DNA of 56,708 nt from Candidatus Kapaibacterium sp. (GTDB lineage: Bacteria; Bacteroidota; Ignavibacteria; Palsa-1295), in the NCBI GenBank assembly GCA_039923455.1, contig JBDTCS010000159.1, forward strand, positions 1-56,708, given 5' to 3'. Shown in pieces: positions 1-8,813 of the stretch. A program made the translations under genes and the position numbers. Each line of letters opens with the position of its first letter. The first letter of the stretch is position 1. Under the pieces are notes generated by a model. It had not been told where the DNA came from, did not search any database, and saw nothing but the letters and a program-made list of their open reading frames with translations.

Positions 1-333
1 TTGGATAGCGATTATTATTCTGGCGATCTATCCACCAAGTTTAGCTCAAACAACAACGCGCAAGACTTCACCGGAGCACTGGCTACAACAGTTGTTGGCG
101 GCGGTGATCTGATCATTTTGGTGAAGACTTCGACCGGCCATTATGGTCGTTTGGCTATTCTTCGTCAAGCTGATGGTAATCTTTACACGACAGACGCTTC
201 AGGATACCACGCAATTGACGTAGTGGTTTCCTTGCAGGCTGGTCCGCTCACGTTGCCTTATGCGAGCCGCGGCTTCCGTCTCCCGAATTCTTCGATGAAG
301 CAGTCGAACACGAACGTCACCATTGCTAACTAA
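1..333 (+). CDS. hypothetical protein, C-terminal fragment (5' end outside window)
   Basis: The frame is open from base 1 to TAA at 331-333 and is followed by an intrinsic terminator at 413-445. The last ~50 aa (GDLIILVKTSTGHYGRLAILRQADGNLYTTDASGYHAIDVVVSLQAG) resemble the C-terminus of the next gene product. No family recognised. Confidence 0.5.
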   Translation: MDSDYYSGDLSTKFSSNNNAQDFTGALATTVVGGGDLIILVKTSTGHYGRLAILRQADGNLYTTDASGYHAIDVVVSLQAGPLTLPYASRGFRLPNSSMKQSNTNVTIAN

Positions 334-412
334 GACGATTTGATCTCAGGAGAGCATTGTGAAAACTTAGCCGACCCTATAGATCAACTCTCGAAAGTTA
401 TACTTTCCTGTT

Positions 413-445
413 TTGGGCGCTTCGCAAGAGGCGTCCAATTTTTTT
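413..445 (+). terminator. rho-independent terminator
   Basis: Hairpin ttgggcgct/ggcgtccaa (9 bp including G-U pairs, 8-nt loop), followed directly by TTTTTTT at 439-445. It lies 80 nt after the stop of the first ORF. Confidence 0.7.
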
Positions 446-567
446 GTGGTTCGGCAAAAATAATTGCATTCTCCGGTGCAGAACAGAGTAACTCCCGGAG
501 GGTTTAGACTGTTAATATATGGCGTCAATATTGTCGTTCAGCGTGTTCGCATGTAGGTAAATACGTA

Positions 568-1848
568 ATGTCATTTCGAGAATTGAATAATTCTATCAAT
601 CCTGTGAAGCGCACGAGTGTGCTGCTTCCTTTCTTATTTCTTTCGATCACAGCGCTCGCACTTTTTGCTTCGTGTATGAGCGACCCAATCACCGAACCTA
701 CTATCGTCGCACGTTCGATCTTCCGTCCACCATCTATATCGCATCGCGACACGAATTATATCTCCGGTCAAAACGTCGGTGATATGATCATTCGTTGGCT
801 ACCAAGCCCGAGCGATACTCAGCAGAATTTTCGTGGCTATGTTTTGCGATTGTATAAAGCGGAGTATGATGTAAGTCTTGCGCAGGATACGTTCGTCGTG
901 CCGCCGATCCGTGAGGTTAGGCTCGATGGCGATCAACTATCCTATACGTTCATCGGTATTCCACTTGGGCATTATGGCGCCGCTGTTTGGGGGCGTAGAA
1001 ACGCTTCGAGCCCGGACTCACTTGTGCTATCGACCGATTCTTCGGGCATCACATTCGATTTTGATCCGCGACCTGTGTTCAACCCGACAAATCTTCGTGC
1101 CGTCGCGATCGGGCGCACGAATATTCGCTTGCATTGGGATCTGCCCTCGACCGACACGCAGATCGGCATGATGGGTTATCAGATCTACTTTACGAAAACA
1201 TTTAAGAAGGATAGCACACTCAGTTTTTTCAAGAGTGCTGTTGGTGGCGGTCATGACACCAGTTCGGCCGCACGTAACGAGGCGGATATCAGCGTTCCAG
1301 CAGGACTCGATCTGGTGCCAGAAGGAGAGTATAAGATCTGGGTAAAAGCTGTTCGCAAAGATTCGACGCAAGGCACGGGCGATTCCTCGGTGATTTTTTG
1401 GTCCGGTGCCGAGCAACTGCCGTTGGGAGGCAACGCGCAAGATAGTCTTGGTGTCGAAATACCAACCGGGCAAAGTATTTTTATCGGACAGATTAATTCA
1501 GATTTTGGAATACAGGCAGTGAGTACGAATCCGACGATAAGTGTTTCGATCTCCGGTACACAAGTTATGCTGGGTGGTACCAAGTTTGTACCGCAAGGTG
1601 ACACTGCTTCGGAGATCGGACGCATATTTTATTCCGCACCGCATGCAGATGCGGACTACTCTGTAACATCCCTCACACTGCCGCCGACCGTGCTGAGCAA
1701 GGGTTATATCGTATATGCGCTTTTCCCGAATGGTACACGCGCACGCGTTTTCTTCATAACGCAGCCGGACGGAACGCTCGTCACAACATCGGGCAGCTTG
1801 CGAATTAGGGCGAGTTTTCAGCCTCAAACGAAGTATCGATACTATTAA
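568..1848 (+). CDS. lipoprotein with fibronectin-III-like repeats, function unknown
   Basis: 426-aa ORF. The N-terminal signal peptide has a lipobox (LALFASC). Two segments show the FN3-like pattern (IIRWLPSPSDTQQNFRGYVLRLY; LRAVAIGRTNIRLHWDLPSTDTQIGMMGYQIYF). The C-terminal module is paralogous to the end of ORF 1-333. Confidence 0.75.
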   Translation: MSFRELNNSINPVKRTSVLLPFLFLSITALALFASCMSDPITEPTIVARSIFRPPSISHRDTNYISGQNVGDMIIRWLPSPSDTQQNFRGYVLRLYKAEYDVSLAQDTFVVPPIREVRLDGDQLSYTFIGIPLGHYGAAVWGRRNASSPDSLVLSTDSSGITFDFDPRPVFNPTNLRAVAIGRTNIRLHWDLPSTDTQIGMMGYQIYFTKTFKKDSTLSFFKSAVGGGHDTSSAARNEADISVPAGLDLVPEGEYKIWVKAVRKDSTQGTGDSSVIFWSGAEQLPLGGNAQDSLGVEIPTGQSIFIGQINSDFGIQAVSTNPTISVSISGTQVMLGGTKFVPQGDTASEIGRIFYSAPHADADYSVTSLTLPPTVLSKGYIVYALFPNGTRARVFFITQPDGTLVTTSGSLRIRASFQPQTKYRYY

Positions 1849-2102
1849 CGGAGTTACTCAGATGCAGGTCTGACACGTACCGTTCCCATTCATCGGCAAA
1901 TTACTTGAGCAAAATAATCGCTCGAAAGGTTGATTTTATTGGCCTCCGCCCGATTTTCTTCGTAAATTTGTTTTGCGCAACAACGGATGCCCTGAAAGCC
2001 CGTCTGCAATATTTTTCTTTTCTTGAATGGTGTATGCCAAATTCCGACCGAGTTCGGTATCCATCCATGTATTTCAAAGACCCTAATTAACAGCAACGAA
2101 CT

Positions 2103-2453
2103 ATGGCCAAAACAACTTCCGCAAAGCCTATGACAAAGTCGGCAATCATCGATCGTCTCTCTGCAGAGGCTGATCTGCCGAAGAAGAAAATGAATGAGAT
2201 CCTCGAGTCACTCGTGGCACTCTCGTACAAAGAAGCCAAGAATGGCTTCACGATCCCTGGGCTCGGAAAGCTCGTATGTGCAGCGCGTAACGCACGCATG
2301 GGTCGTAACCCTCAGACGGGTGAAGCGATCAAGATTCCTGCACGTACCGTTCTCAAGTTCCGCGTGGCAAAACAGGCCAAAGACGCGATCCTGAATAACG
2401 GCAAGCCGGCGGCCAAAAAGGCTCCAGCAAAGGCAAAAGCGAAGAAGAAGTAA
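2103..2453 (+). CDS. hup: HU-family nucleoid DNA-binding protein with Lys/Ala-rich C-terminal tail
   Basis: 116 aa. Contains the HU/IHF arm motif ARNARMGRNPQTGEAIKIPARTVLKFR and the tail AAKKAPAKAKAKKK. Confidence 0.9.
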   Translation: MAKTTSAKPMTKSAIIDRLSAEADLPKKKMNEILESLVALSYKEAKNGFTIPGLGKLVCAARNARMGRNPQTGEAIKIPARTVLKFRVAKQAKDAILNNGKPAAKKAPAKAKAKKK

Positions 2454-2505
2454 TTCTTTTTCACGCGTTACGAGCTATCCGCTTTAGGAAAAATCGTTAC
2501 ATTCC

Positions 2506-2544
2506 GGGCGCTTATCCGTATGGATATAGCGCCCGATTTATTTC
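2506..2544 (+). terminator. rho-independent terminator after HU gene
   Basis: GC-rich hairpin gggcgct-tatcc-gtat-ggata-(t)-agcgccc (12 bp, one bulge), followed by the T-rich tail gatttatttc. Confidence 0.7.
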
Positions 2545-2641
2545 ATCCGGTGCAAAACCGCTGTATTCCATGGGTTCGCTATGCCCACGGAAGAATACGA
2601 TCGAGGAATGGCGTGATATATGAATAGCGTTAGTAGTATAT

Positions 2642-3844
2642 ATGAAGTGTAAATATTATAGTCATCGAATAGGAGTTTTGCTCGCGAGTGCGATATTCGC
2701 GCTTTTGGTTTTGCCCAACCCGAGCAACGGTCAGTGGATACTACAATCCGGTAAGATGGATCAGCAGGTTCGTCGCGGCGAGGAGCTGGTCTATAACATG
2801 GACTATCAAGCTGCTACGCAAGTATTCGATTCGATCATTGCGGAAAATCCGGATCACCCGGCGGGATATTTTTATAGCGCGATGGTCGAGTTTTGGCGCG
2901 CAGTGACGAATCCCGACAACACAACTTATGATGCGCGTTATCGCGCCAGATTGCAACAAGCGCTCGATCGTTCTGATACACTCTTAGCACATAACGAACT
3001 CGATCTTGCAGGAATATTCTACAAAGGTGCTTCGCTCGGAATGCGCGCACGAATTTTTGCGATTCGACCGAATTGGTCGGATGCGATCGGGATCATGCTT
3101 GGTGATGCAAGAGAAGGCATTAAATATTTGAACAAGATCGAAGAACTCATTCCTTCGAACAGCGATATACTTTTTGGTCGCGGACTCTATAATTATTATG
3201 TGGAAGCGATCAAAGACGATGAGCCCTTCCTCCGTCCACTCATCGGCCTCTTTGCTACCGGCAACAAGCGAGTCGGACTTGCGATGCTCGAACAAGCTGC
3301 GAAGACAGCGAGCTACGCGAAAATCGAAGCGCAGTACGAGTTGATGAAGCTTTATTACATTTACGAGAAGCAGTATGCAAAGGCCTACGAACTTGCGCAA
3401 TCACTCGCGAGCCGATACCCAAACAACGTACAGTTCTTGCACTATCTCGCGTATTCGCAGGTGAGTTTAGGAATGACAGAAAAATATGACTCCACCTATC
3501 GCGTAGTACTAGCCCGTGCAAGAGAAAAGCGTGAGGGTTACACCGTGCGTCAAGCTCGGGAGGCGATGCATTTTCTTGGGCAAGCACAACTCATGTCGCC
3601 CTACGGGAATCTTGACTCTGCACTCTACTTTTTATACAACAGCGATCTGCTAAGTCGTACTATCTCGCCAAACGAAATGCAATGGTGGCTTACGCGAGAA
3701 GAATTATTGATGGGGCAGGCATACGACAGCAAGAACGACCGACCTCGCGCGATTCAAATGTACAAGCGCGTGCTTGATCTACCCGATTTCAATGGAGATC
3801 ACGCCGCAGCAGAACGATTTTTGCAAACGCCGTATAGAAAGTAG
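2642..3844 (+). CDS. secreted TPR-like repeat protein, function unknown
   Basis: 400 aa. Signal peptide (LLASAIFALLVLPNPSNGQ). All-helical, Tyr/Ala/Leu-rich repeats typical of TPR-like solenoids (e.g. AQYELMKLYYIYEKQYAKAYELAQSL). Confidence 0.7.
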   Translation: MKCKYYSHRIGVLLASAIFALLVLPNPSNGQWILQSGKMDQQVRRGEELVYNMDYQAATQVFDSIIAENPDHPAGYFYSAMVEFWRAVTNPDNTTYDARYRARLQQALDRSDTLLAHNELDLAGIFYKGASLGMRARIFAIRPNWSDAIGIMLGDAREGIKYLNKIEELIPSNSDILFGRGLYNYYVEAIKDDEPFLRPLIGLFATGNKRVGLAMLEQAAKTASYAKIEAQYELMKLYYIYEKQYAKAYELAQSLASRYPNNVQFLHYLAYSQVSLGMTEKYDSTYRVVLARAREKREGYTVRQAREAMHFLGQAQLMSPYGNLDSALYFLYNSDLLSRTISPNEMQWWLTREELLMGQAYDSKNDRPRAIQMYKRVLDLPDFNGDHAAAERFLQTPYRK

Positions 3845-3854
3845 ACTTTACGAT

Positions 3855-4050
3855 CCCTCACCCTAAGTCCCTCTCCCGCTGGGAGAGGGACTTGGCGTTA
3901 GGGTCTTCAAATGAGACAAACAACTTTTCCGTTACCATGCAGAAAGATTGCTCACCAGTGGCGGAATAAAATTCACAGCGTGCATCTAGCTCAACATTTT
4001 TTCCCTTCCTCAAGTCCCTCTCCCAGCGGGAGAGGGATTTAGGGTGAGGG
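3855..4050. repeat. MITE/REP-like element with 37-bp terminal inverted repeats
   Basis: 3855-3891 (ccctcaccctaagtccctctcccgctgggagagggac) matches the reverse complement of 4014-4050 at 36 of 37 positions. Each arm itself contains a hairpin (gtccctctccc-N3-gggagagggac). The element fills the spacer between two + strand genes. Confidence 0.65.
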
Positions 4051-4081
4051 TATCCCCGGCTTAAGAACAACTACTCAGATT

Positions 4082-5476
4082 ATGAAAAAAAGATCGCTCC
4101 CCTCCATCGGACTCGCACTCACAAGTGCACTTCTTTTATTAGCGCCTCTTGCTCGTGCACAAGATGTCGACGCGACCACTGAGAAGCACGAATCTTTATC
4201 GCTGACGGTATATAATAATAATCTAGGCGTAGTGCGTGATGTTCGTTCATTTGACATCAAGAGTGGCACGAGCGAAGTGCAACTGAAAGATGTACCGGCG
4301 CTGATTGACCCAACGACTGTCAAGATCACCTCGATCAAGCATCCAAAGGCGGTGCAGGTCGTCGAGCAGAACTACGAGTATGATCTCGTAAGTCAGACGA
4401 AGCTACTCGAAAAATATATTGATCATAGAATATCTGTCACCGATAACAAAGGCGCAAAGCTTGAGGGGACGCTCCTTGCGATCGAGAGCGGAAAGCTTAC
4501 GCTGCTGACGGGGACCAGCATTACGATGTTGCCTGATCTCAGCCGATACACGATCGATGTGCCGAGTCTACCCGCTGGGCTTATCACACGCCCGACGCTC
4601 ATCTGGCAACTGCAATCTGATCAAGCATTCTCGCACGAGCCGTTGGAAGTTTTGTACCAAACCGGTGGCATTTCATGGCATGCGGAATATATCGCTGCGC
4701 TATCGGATGATGATCGATCGCTCGATCTTACCGGATGGGTTAGTCTGGATAATCGGAGTGGTGGATCGTTCGTCGATGCTAAGCTCAAACTTGTCGCTGG
4801 TGCGCTGCATAGAGTCGCGACACGAATCACCTCATCCTCTAACGGCATAATGTCCACGAGGGAAGCGGTCCGTTTGGCAGCTCCGCAATTTGAGGAGAGT
4901 GGCTTGTTCGAATATCATCTCTACGATCTTCAGCGAAAGACGAGCATCAAGAACAATGAAGTCAAGCAGATTTCGCTATTAGAAGCAAATGGTGTAGCTG
5001 CCGAGAAGCGCTATACGTATCGCGGTGCAAAGAACGTCGAAGTGACAGTGATGTTCGTCAACAATGAGAAGAATCACCTTGGTGTGCCGATACCGATGGG
5101 TATTGTGCGCGTTATGAAGCGCGACAAAGATGGCACGTTAGAGTTCGTCGGTGAAGATCGCGTCGAGCATACACCTCGCGATGAGAAGATCACACTGAAA
5201 GTCGGCGATGCGTTTGATCTGCTCGGCGAGCGCGTTGTTACCGACTCCCGCAATCTCGGACCCCAGACAAATCAAGAGTCAATTGAGATCACACTCAAGA
5301 ATAGAAAAGATGAAGATGTGGTAATCGACGTCGTCGAAGAGTTACCCGGCAGTTGGGAGATCACAAAGAACTCCACCGATTTTGAGAAGAAGAATGCAAA
5401 TCAGATCGTCTTTCACATTCCGGTGAAAGCACGCGCAGATGCAAAAGTCAGCTACACCGTTGTGCATCATTGGTAA
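4082..5476 (+). CDS. DUF4139-like (MuiA-family) secreted protein
   Basis: 464 aa. Signal peptide (LLLLAPLARAQD). The N-terminal LSLTVYNNNLGVVRDVR segment and the beta-rich layout resemble DUF4140/DUF4139 proteins. Recognised from memory only. Confidence 0.6.
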   Translation: MKKRSLPSIGLALTSALLLLAPLARAQDVDATTEKHESLSLTVYNNNLGVVRDVRSFDIKSGTSEVQLKDVPALIDPTTVKITSIKHPKAVQVVEQNYEYDLVSQTKLLEKYIDHRISVTDNKGAKLEGTLLAIESGKLTLLTGTSITMLPDLSRYTIDVPSLPAGLITRPTLIWQLQSDQAFSHEPLEVLYQTGGISWHAEYIAALSDDDRSLDLTGWVSLDNRSGGSFVDAKLKLVAGALHRVATRITSSSNGIMSTREAVRLAAPQFEESGLFEYHLYDLQRKTSIKNNEVKQISLLEANGVAAEKRYTYRGAKNVEVTVMFVNNEKNHLGVPIPMGIVRVMKRDKDGTLEFVGEDRVEHTPRDEKITLKVGDAFDLLGERVVTDSRNLGPQTNQESIEITLKNRKDEDVVIDVVEELPGSWEITKNSTDFEKKNANQIVFHIPVKARADAKVSYTVVHHW

Positions 5477-5500
5477 GCGATGACAAAATTGCTGATGTGA

Positions 5501-5535
5501 CAAAGCCGCGGAAATTTATTCCGCGGCTTTGTTTT
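5501..5535. terminator. terminator hairpin between convergent genes
   Basis: Perfect 11-bp stem caaagccgcgg / ccgcggctttg with a 9-nt loop and TTTT on the + side. It lies between the stop at 5476 (+) and the stop at 5549 (-). Confidence 0.75.
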
Positions 5536-5548
5536 GTCGACTTAATAT

Positions 5549-8500
5549 TTATTGCAGGACGACCATCTTGTTCGTCAAGTGTCCGCCGTCACTGGTTTCG
5601 AGAATGTAATAATAGGTGCCACTCGATACTCGGCGATTGTCCGAATCGGTGCCATCCCAAAACGCATCCTGCGCTCCGCCATCTTGCCCGACACGATCAA
5701 GCAATGTGCGAACGAGCATTCCACTTGTCGAATAGACTTTGATCGATACCGTTGTCGCATTTGGCAGCGAGTAGTGTATCCGCGTCGACGCGGGTGCCTC
5801 AGGCGAACCGAGCACGAATGGATTTGGATAATTTTGATCCATGCCAAACGCTTGCGCACCATAATGCAACTCAACGTGATTAGAGAAATGCTCCGTGCCG
5901 TTCAGATCGACCTGACGCAACTGGAATAGGTAATCACCATTGTCATGCTTCGGATCTACGAATACATACGAGATCGGCATGTTCGAATTACCACCGGAGG
6001 CTTGGGATGGAACCGAGCCGATCACTTCGAACGGTTGTGAATTGTAACTACGCATTACTTCGAAGCGTAAATTATTTTTCTCACTATCGGTGTGCCAATC
6101 GAGCCTTGTACCGGCGCTTGTAGGAGTTGCTTTTAGTCCATCGAGCTCAACTGGGAGTGCGTTTGCATTGCCCTCCCAAATTCCCCTGCCGTGTGTAGCA
6201 ACACGGATGGTTGTTTTGTTGGGGTGCATCTGTACATCCATGCACGCAGCAAGCCCAAGTCCCGACCCCGCGATCGACCATGTAAGACCGGCATCGAGCG
6301 TATAGTAAATTCCATTGTCGGTCGCCGCATACCATGTCGAAGCAGGATTGACAGAGTCAAGCGCGACACCATTCACCGGAACACCAGGCAGAATTGCAGT
6401 GCCGGTTCCTGAACGATTCACCCACGTCGTTCCCCCATCCGAAGTGAGCATCACACGCGACGATGAGGTTGATCCACTACCGATACCAATGATCGCCCAG
6501 CTTGCGTTAGTCGGATGACACGCGAAATAATTTATGCTCGCGCCGGGGACGTTCGTATTCTTCGAAGCCCACGTAGTGCCACCATCCGTTGTTAGTTTGA
6601 TGACACCTGTTCCAAACCCAGCCCAGATTACAAGCCCATTCGAAGGCGAGAGGCCGATCGACTGACACTGATTTGAACTGTTCAAGACTGGGGATATCGC
6701 GGTCCAGTTATTACCCTGATCCGACGATAGAAAGACTTTCGTCCGGCCGGTATAGAGCACGCTATGATTCTTCGGAGCCATCTGATACGGACAATCCCAA
6801 TCTCCTTGTTCGATCGAACCGGTCAGCGTATTCGTCCATGATGTTCCACCATTGGCAGTCCGATAAATATTTCCAAATGGGAGTTCAGCATAGATCGTAC
6901 TTGCATTGACATAGTCGGAGATCGGTTGGAAGCCGTCGCCACCGTAGATCATTTTTGGAGTGATGCCAGTAACGGTCTTCCACGTGCCTTGATCTTGTGC
7001 ACCGGCATAGGTTGTCTTGCTATCATTCTTATCGAGACTCAGATGATAGAATCGCATCGTGGAGTAACCATTGTTCTTCGTCACCCACGAGTTACCAGCA
7101 TCGTTGGAATAAAATATTCCGCCATCTGTACCTACAAAAATTTTCGTTGGGTCGAATGGATTTAGTGCGATCGAGTGATGATCCACATGCGGATCGCTGT
7201 TACTGGAGTTATTATATCCGCTAAACTGAACCCAACCACCACCGTCGTCCCAGTTATACCAACCCTCGACACCACCAACATACAGCGAGTCGTGGGTAGC
7301 TGCGTTCGGACTCATACCGAGATAGAGATCATACCAACCTTGCGCCCCACTTTGAGTCGTCGGACGGAAGAGTGTGGATGGCACAGACACTTTTGCAAAA
7401 CTCGTTCCAGAGTTGACCGACTTATAGAGCCCAAGCAGATCGCCGGTGCTGTTCGATGCTTTCGAAAGCAGCGCGTAAACTTTTGAAGGATTGCCTTTCG
7501 GGCAAGCGAGTGCACCACGTCCGATCGAATCTCCACGAGGAATTCCGACATTCGCAAGTTTTCCCCATGTTGCGCCATCATCAGCAGATTTATACACGCC
7601 GCAATTCTGCGATGGGCCGCTAAAATTATTTCCATCGAGCAAATACATCACCGTCACACCACCGATCACCAGGCCCGGTACAATATCCCAGACCACACCG
7701 CCGGAGGTATACACCTTGCTCCAAGTTACCCCCGAATTGATGGAGCGATAAAGTCCTTGTGCGGCATTGAATCCTGAAGCGAAAATAATATTTGTTTTCG
7801 ACGGATGGACAAACACTTTAACAACGCCGCTCGTGAAGGTCGAGGCACCTATGCGTGTCCACGTGCTTCCGGCATCTGAGGATTTGTAGAGCCCTGTACC
7901 ATTGAGTGCATCGGTCGAACTGTATCCGTCGCCGGAGCCAACATAGATGTTATTCGTGTTGACCGGATCAATCGCAATGGAAGCAACAGCAAGATCGGGA
8001 ATCACAAGATCCGTAAGCGGAAACCAACTGCCGCCACTGTTCGAAGTTTTCCAAACACCACCGCCTGCTGCACCGGCGTACATTATGGATGGCGTTTTAG
8101 GATCGATCGCGAGCGCGTTCGTACAACCCCCGATCGTGTAGCTACCAATCACGTTCGGCCCGATGTTCGTCCAAGCGTTCGCAAGAATTCCGTACTTTCC
8201 AGCGCTACTTTTTTCTGCAGCAACGGATGCACGATAAAGATCTTGGCGCGACTGCTCGACAGCCTGCATGCGTGCTTCTTTGTCATACACACCGTTCGTG
8301 CCTGCGTGACGCTTGAGATCATTGAGTCCGCGAGCAAAGATCTTCGATCTGCGAACGTCTTCCGGAATCTTGCTTAGTTCTTCGTAGACGCCATTTGTGG
8401 ATGGCAAGGCCATCGGTACCTCGAGTGTCTCAGACTCCTGCTCCTCAGGTGTAGAAACCTCTTGAGCAAAAACCTTCGATCCTGTAAGCGCAAAGAAGAT

Positions 8501-8626
8501 GCCAAGAATCAGCGCAAAACTTGCGCGTTGAGACCTTTTTGAAGGAGCAAAACTGTTGAATTTCACTAATTTTGGGGCAAAGTTAAGAGTGGGACGGCAA
8601 TATTTCATCAATGTTCGAACGTACAT
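5549..8626 (-). CDS. BNR/Ycf48-like (sortilin-type) multi-propeller protein with T9SS C-terminal sorting domain
   Basis: 1025-aa ORF. Many S-x-D-x-G-x-x-W type repeats (SNSGGSWF, SSDAGSTWT, SINSGVTWS, SADDGATWG, SNDAGNSWV, SSDQGNNWT, TTDGGTTWA, TSDGGTTWV, TLDAGLTWS). C-terminal Por-type tail (NYPNPF...VSIKVYSTSGMLVRTL...GTYYYILE). The start may instead be the Met at 8608 (MKYCRP...). Confidence 0.85.
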   Translation of the reverse strand: MYVRTLMKYCRPTLNFAPKLVKFNSFAPSKRSQRASFALILGIFFALTGSKVFAQEVSTPEEQESETLEVPMALPSTNGVYEELSKIPEDVRRSKIFARGLNDLKRHAGTNGVYDKEARMQAVEQSRQDLYRASVAAEKSSAGKYGILANAWTNIGPNVIGSYTIGGCTNALAIDPKTPSIMYAGAAGGGVWKTSNSGGSWFPLTDLVIPDLAVASIAIDPVNTNNIYVGSGDGYSSTDALNGTGLYKSSDAGSTWTRIGASTFTSGVVKVFVHPSKTNIIFASGFNAAQGLYRSINSGVTWSKVYTSGGVVWDIVPGLVIGGVTVMYLLDGNNFSGPSQNCGVYKSADDGATWGKLANVGIPRGDSIGRGALACPKGNPSKVYALLSKASNSTGDLLGLYKSVNSGTSFAKVSVPSTLFRPTTQSGAQGWYDLYLGMSPNAATHDSLYVGGVEGWYNWDDGGGWVQFSGYNNSSNSDPHVDHHSIALNPFDPTKIFVGTDGGIFYSNDAGNSWVTKNNGYSTMRFYHLSLDKNDSKTTYAGAQDQGTWKTVTGITPKMIYGGDGFQPISDYVNASTIYAELPFGNIYRTANGGTSWTNTLTGSIEQGDWDCPYQMAPKNHSVLYTGRTKVFLSSDQGNNWTAISPVLNSSNQCQSIGLSPSNGLVIWAGFGTGVIKLTTDGGTTWASKNTNVPGASINYFACHPTNASWAIIGIGSGSTSSSRVMLTSDGGTTWVNRSGTGTAILPGVPVNGVALDSVNPASTWYAATDNGIYYTLDAGLTWSIAGSGLGLAACMDVQMHPNKTTIRVATHGRGIWEGNANALPVELDGLKATPTSAGTRLDWHTDSEKNNLRFEVMRSYNSQPFEVIGSVPSQASGGNSNMPISYVFVDPKHDNGDYLFQLRQVDLNGTEHFSNHVELHYGAQAFGMDQNYPNPFVLGSPEAPASTRIHYSLPNATTVSIKVYSTSGMLVRTLLDRVGQDGGAQDAFWDGTDSDNRRVSSGTYYYILETSDGGHLTNKMVVLQ

Positions 8627-8813
8627 GGTTAACTATGACGGGGCGCCTAGAGCTATGTAAAAACTATTTAGGTTGTTTCAGTTTCAAATGAGCACTCAGA
8701 TACATCTCCTGCCTTTCAACCGGAAGCGTGAACGGCCGAACCAGATGCTGCTGAACTCATAATGCGATAGCAGACTTTGATATGAGCGATCTACCACAGA
8801 CAGTCATCTATTT

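Noticed and set aside
472-480. TCCGGTGCA(R)A motif upstream of three + strand secreted-protein genes (472-480, 2546-2554, 22724-22732)
   Set aside because: It looked like a shared promoter or ECF-sigma box. However, the distance to the start codons is inconsistent (about 95, 95 and 45 nt) and the flanks do not align. A rough estimate suggests a few three-fold 9-mer coincidences are expected by chance in this much sequence. It is worth a genome-wide motif search, but the window alone does not support it.
1963-1970. Bacteroidetes-type -7 promoter box TAAATTTG upstream of the HU gene (also TATTTTTG at 20578-20585 and 8809-8816)
   Set aside because: They match TAnnTTTG, but no properly spaced -33 TTTG was found. 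Distances to the start codons range from 0 to 133 nt, and T-rich octamers are frequent in the spacers. The evidence is too weak to annotate as promoters without TSS data.
3858-4070. 70-aa minus-strand ORF covering the inverted-repeat element
   Set aside because: Its sequence is simply the translation of both repeat arms (KSLSRWERDL... and KSLSQRERDL). This is typical of spurious ORFs read through REP/MITE-like hairpins, and there is no independent coding evidence.
8669-8681. TAGG(T/C)TGTTTCAG shared by the rarA and cysS upstream regions (8669-8681 and 24780-24792)
   Set aside because: This is a 12-of-13 match between two sites only. Matches of this quality are expected by chance among all intergenic pairs, and the surrounding similarity (gtaaaaa upstream) needs gaps.
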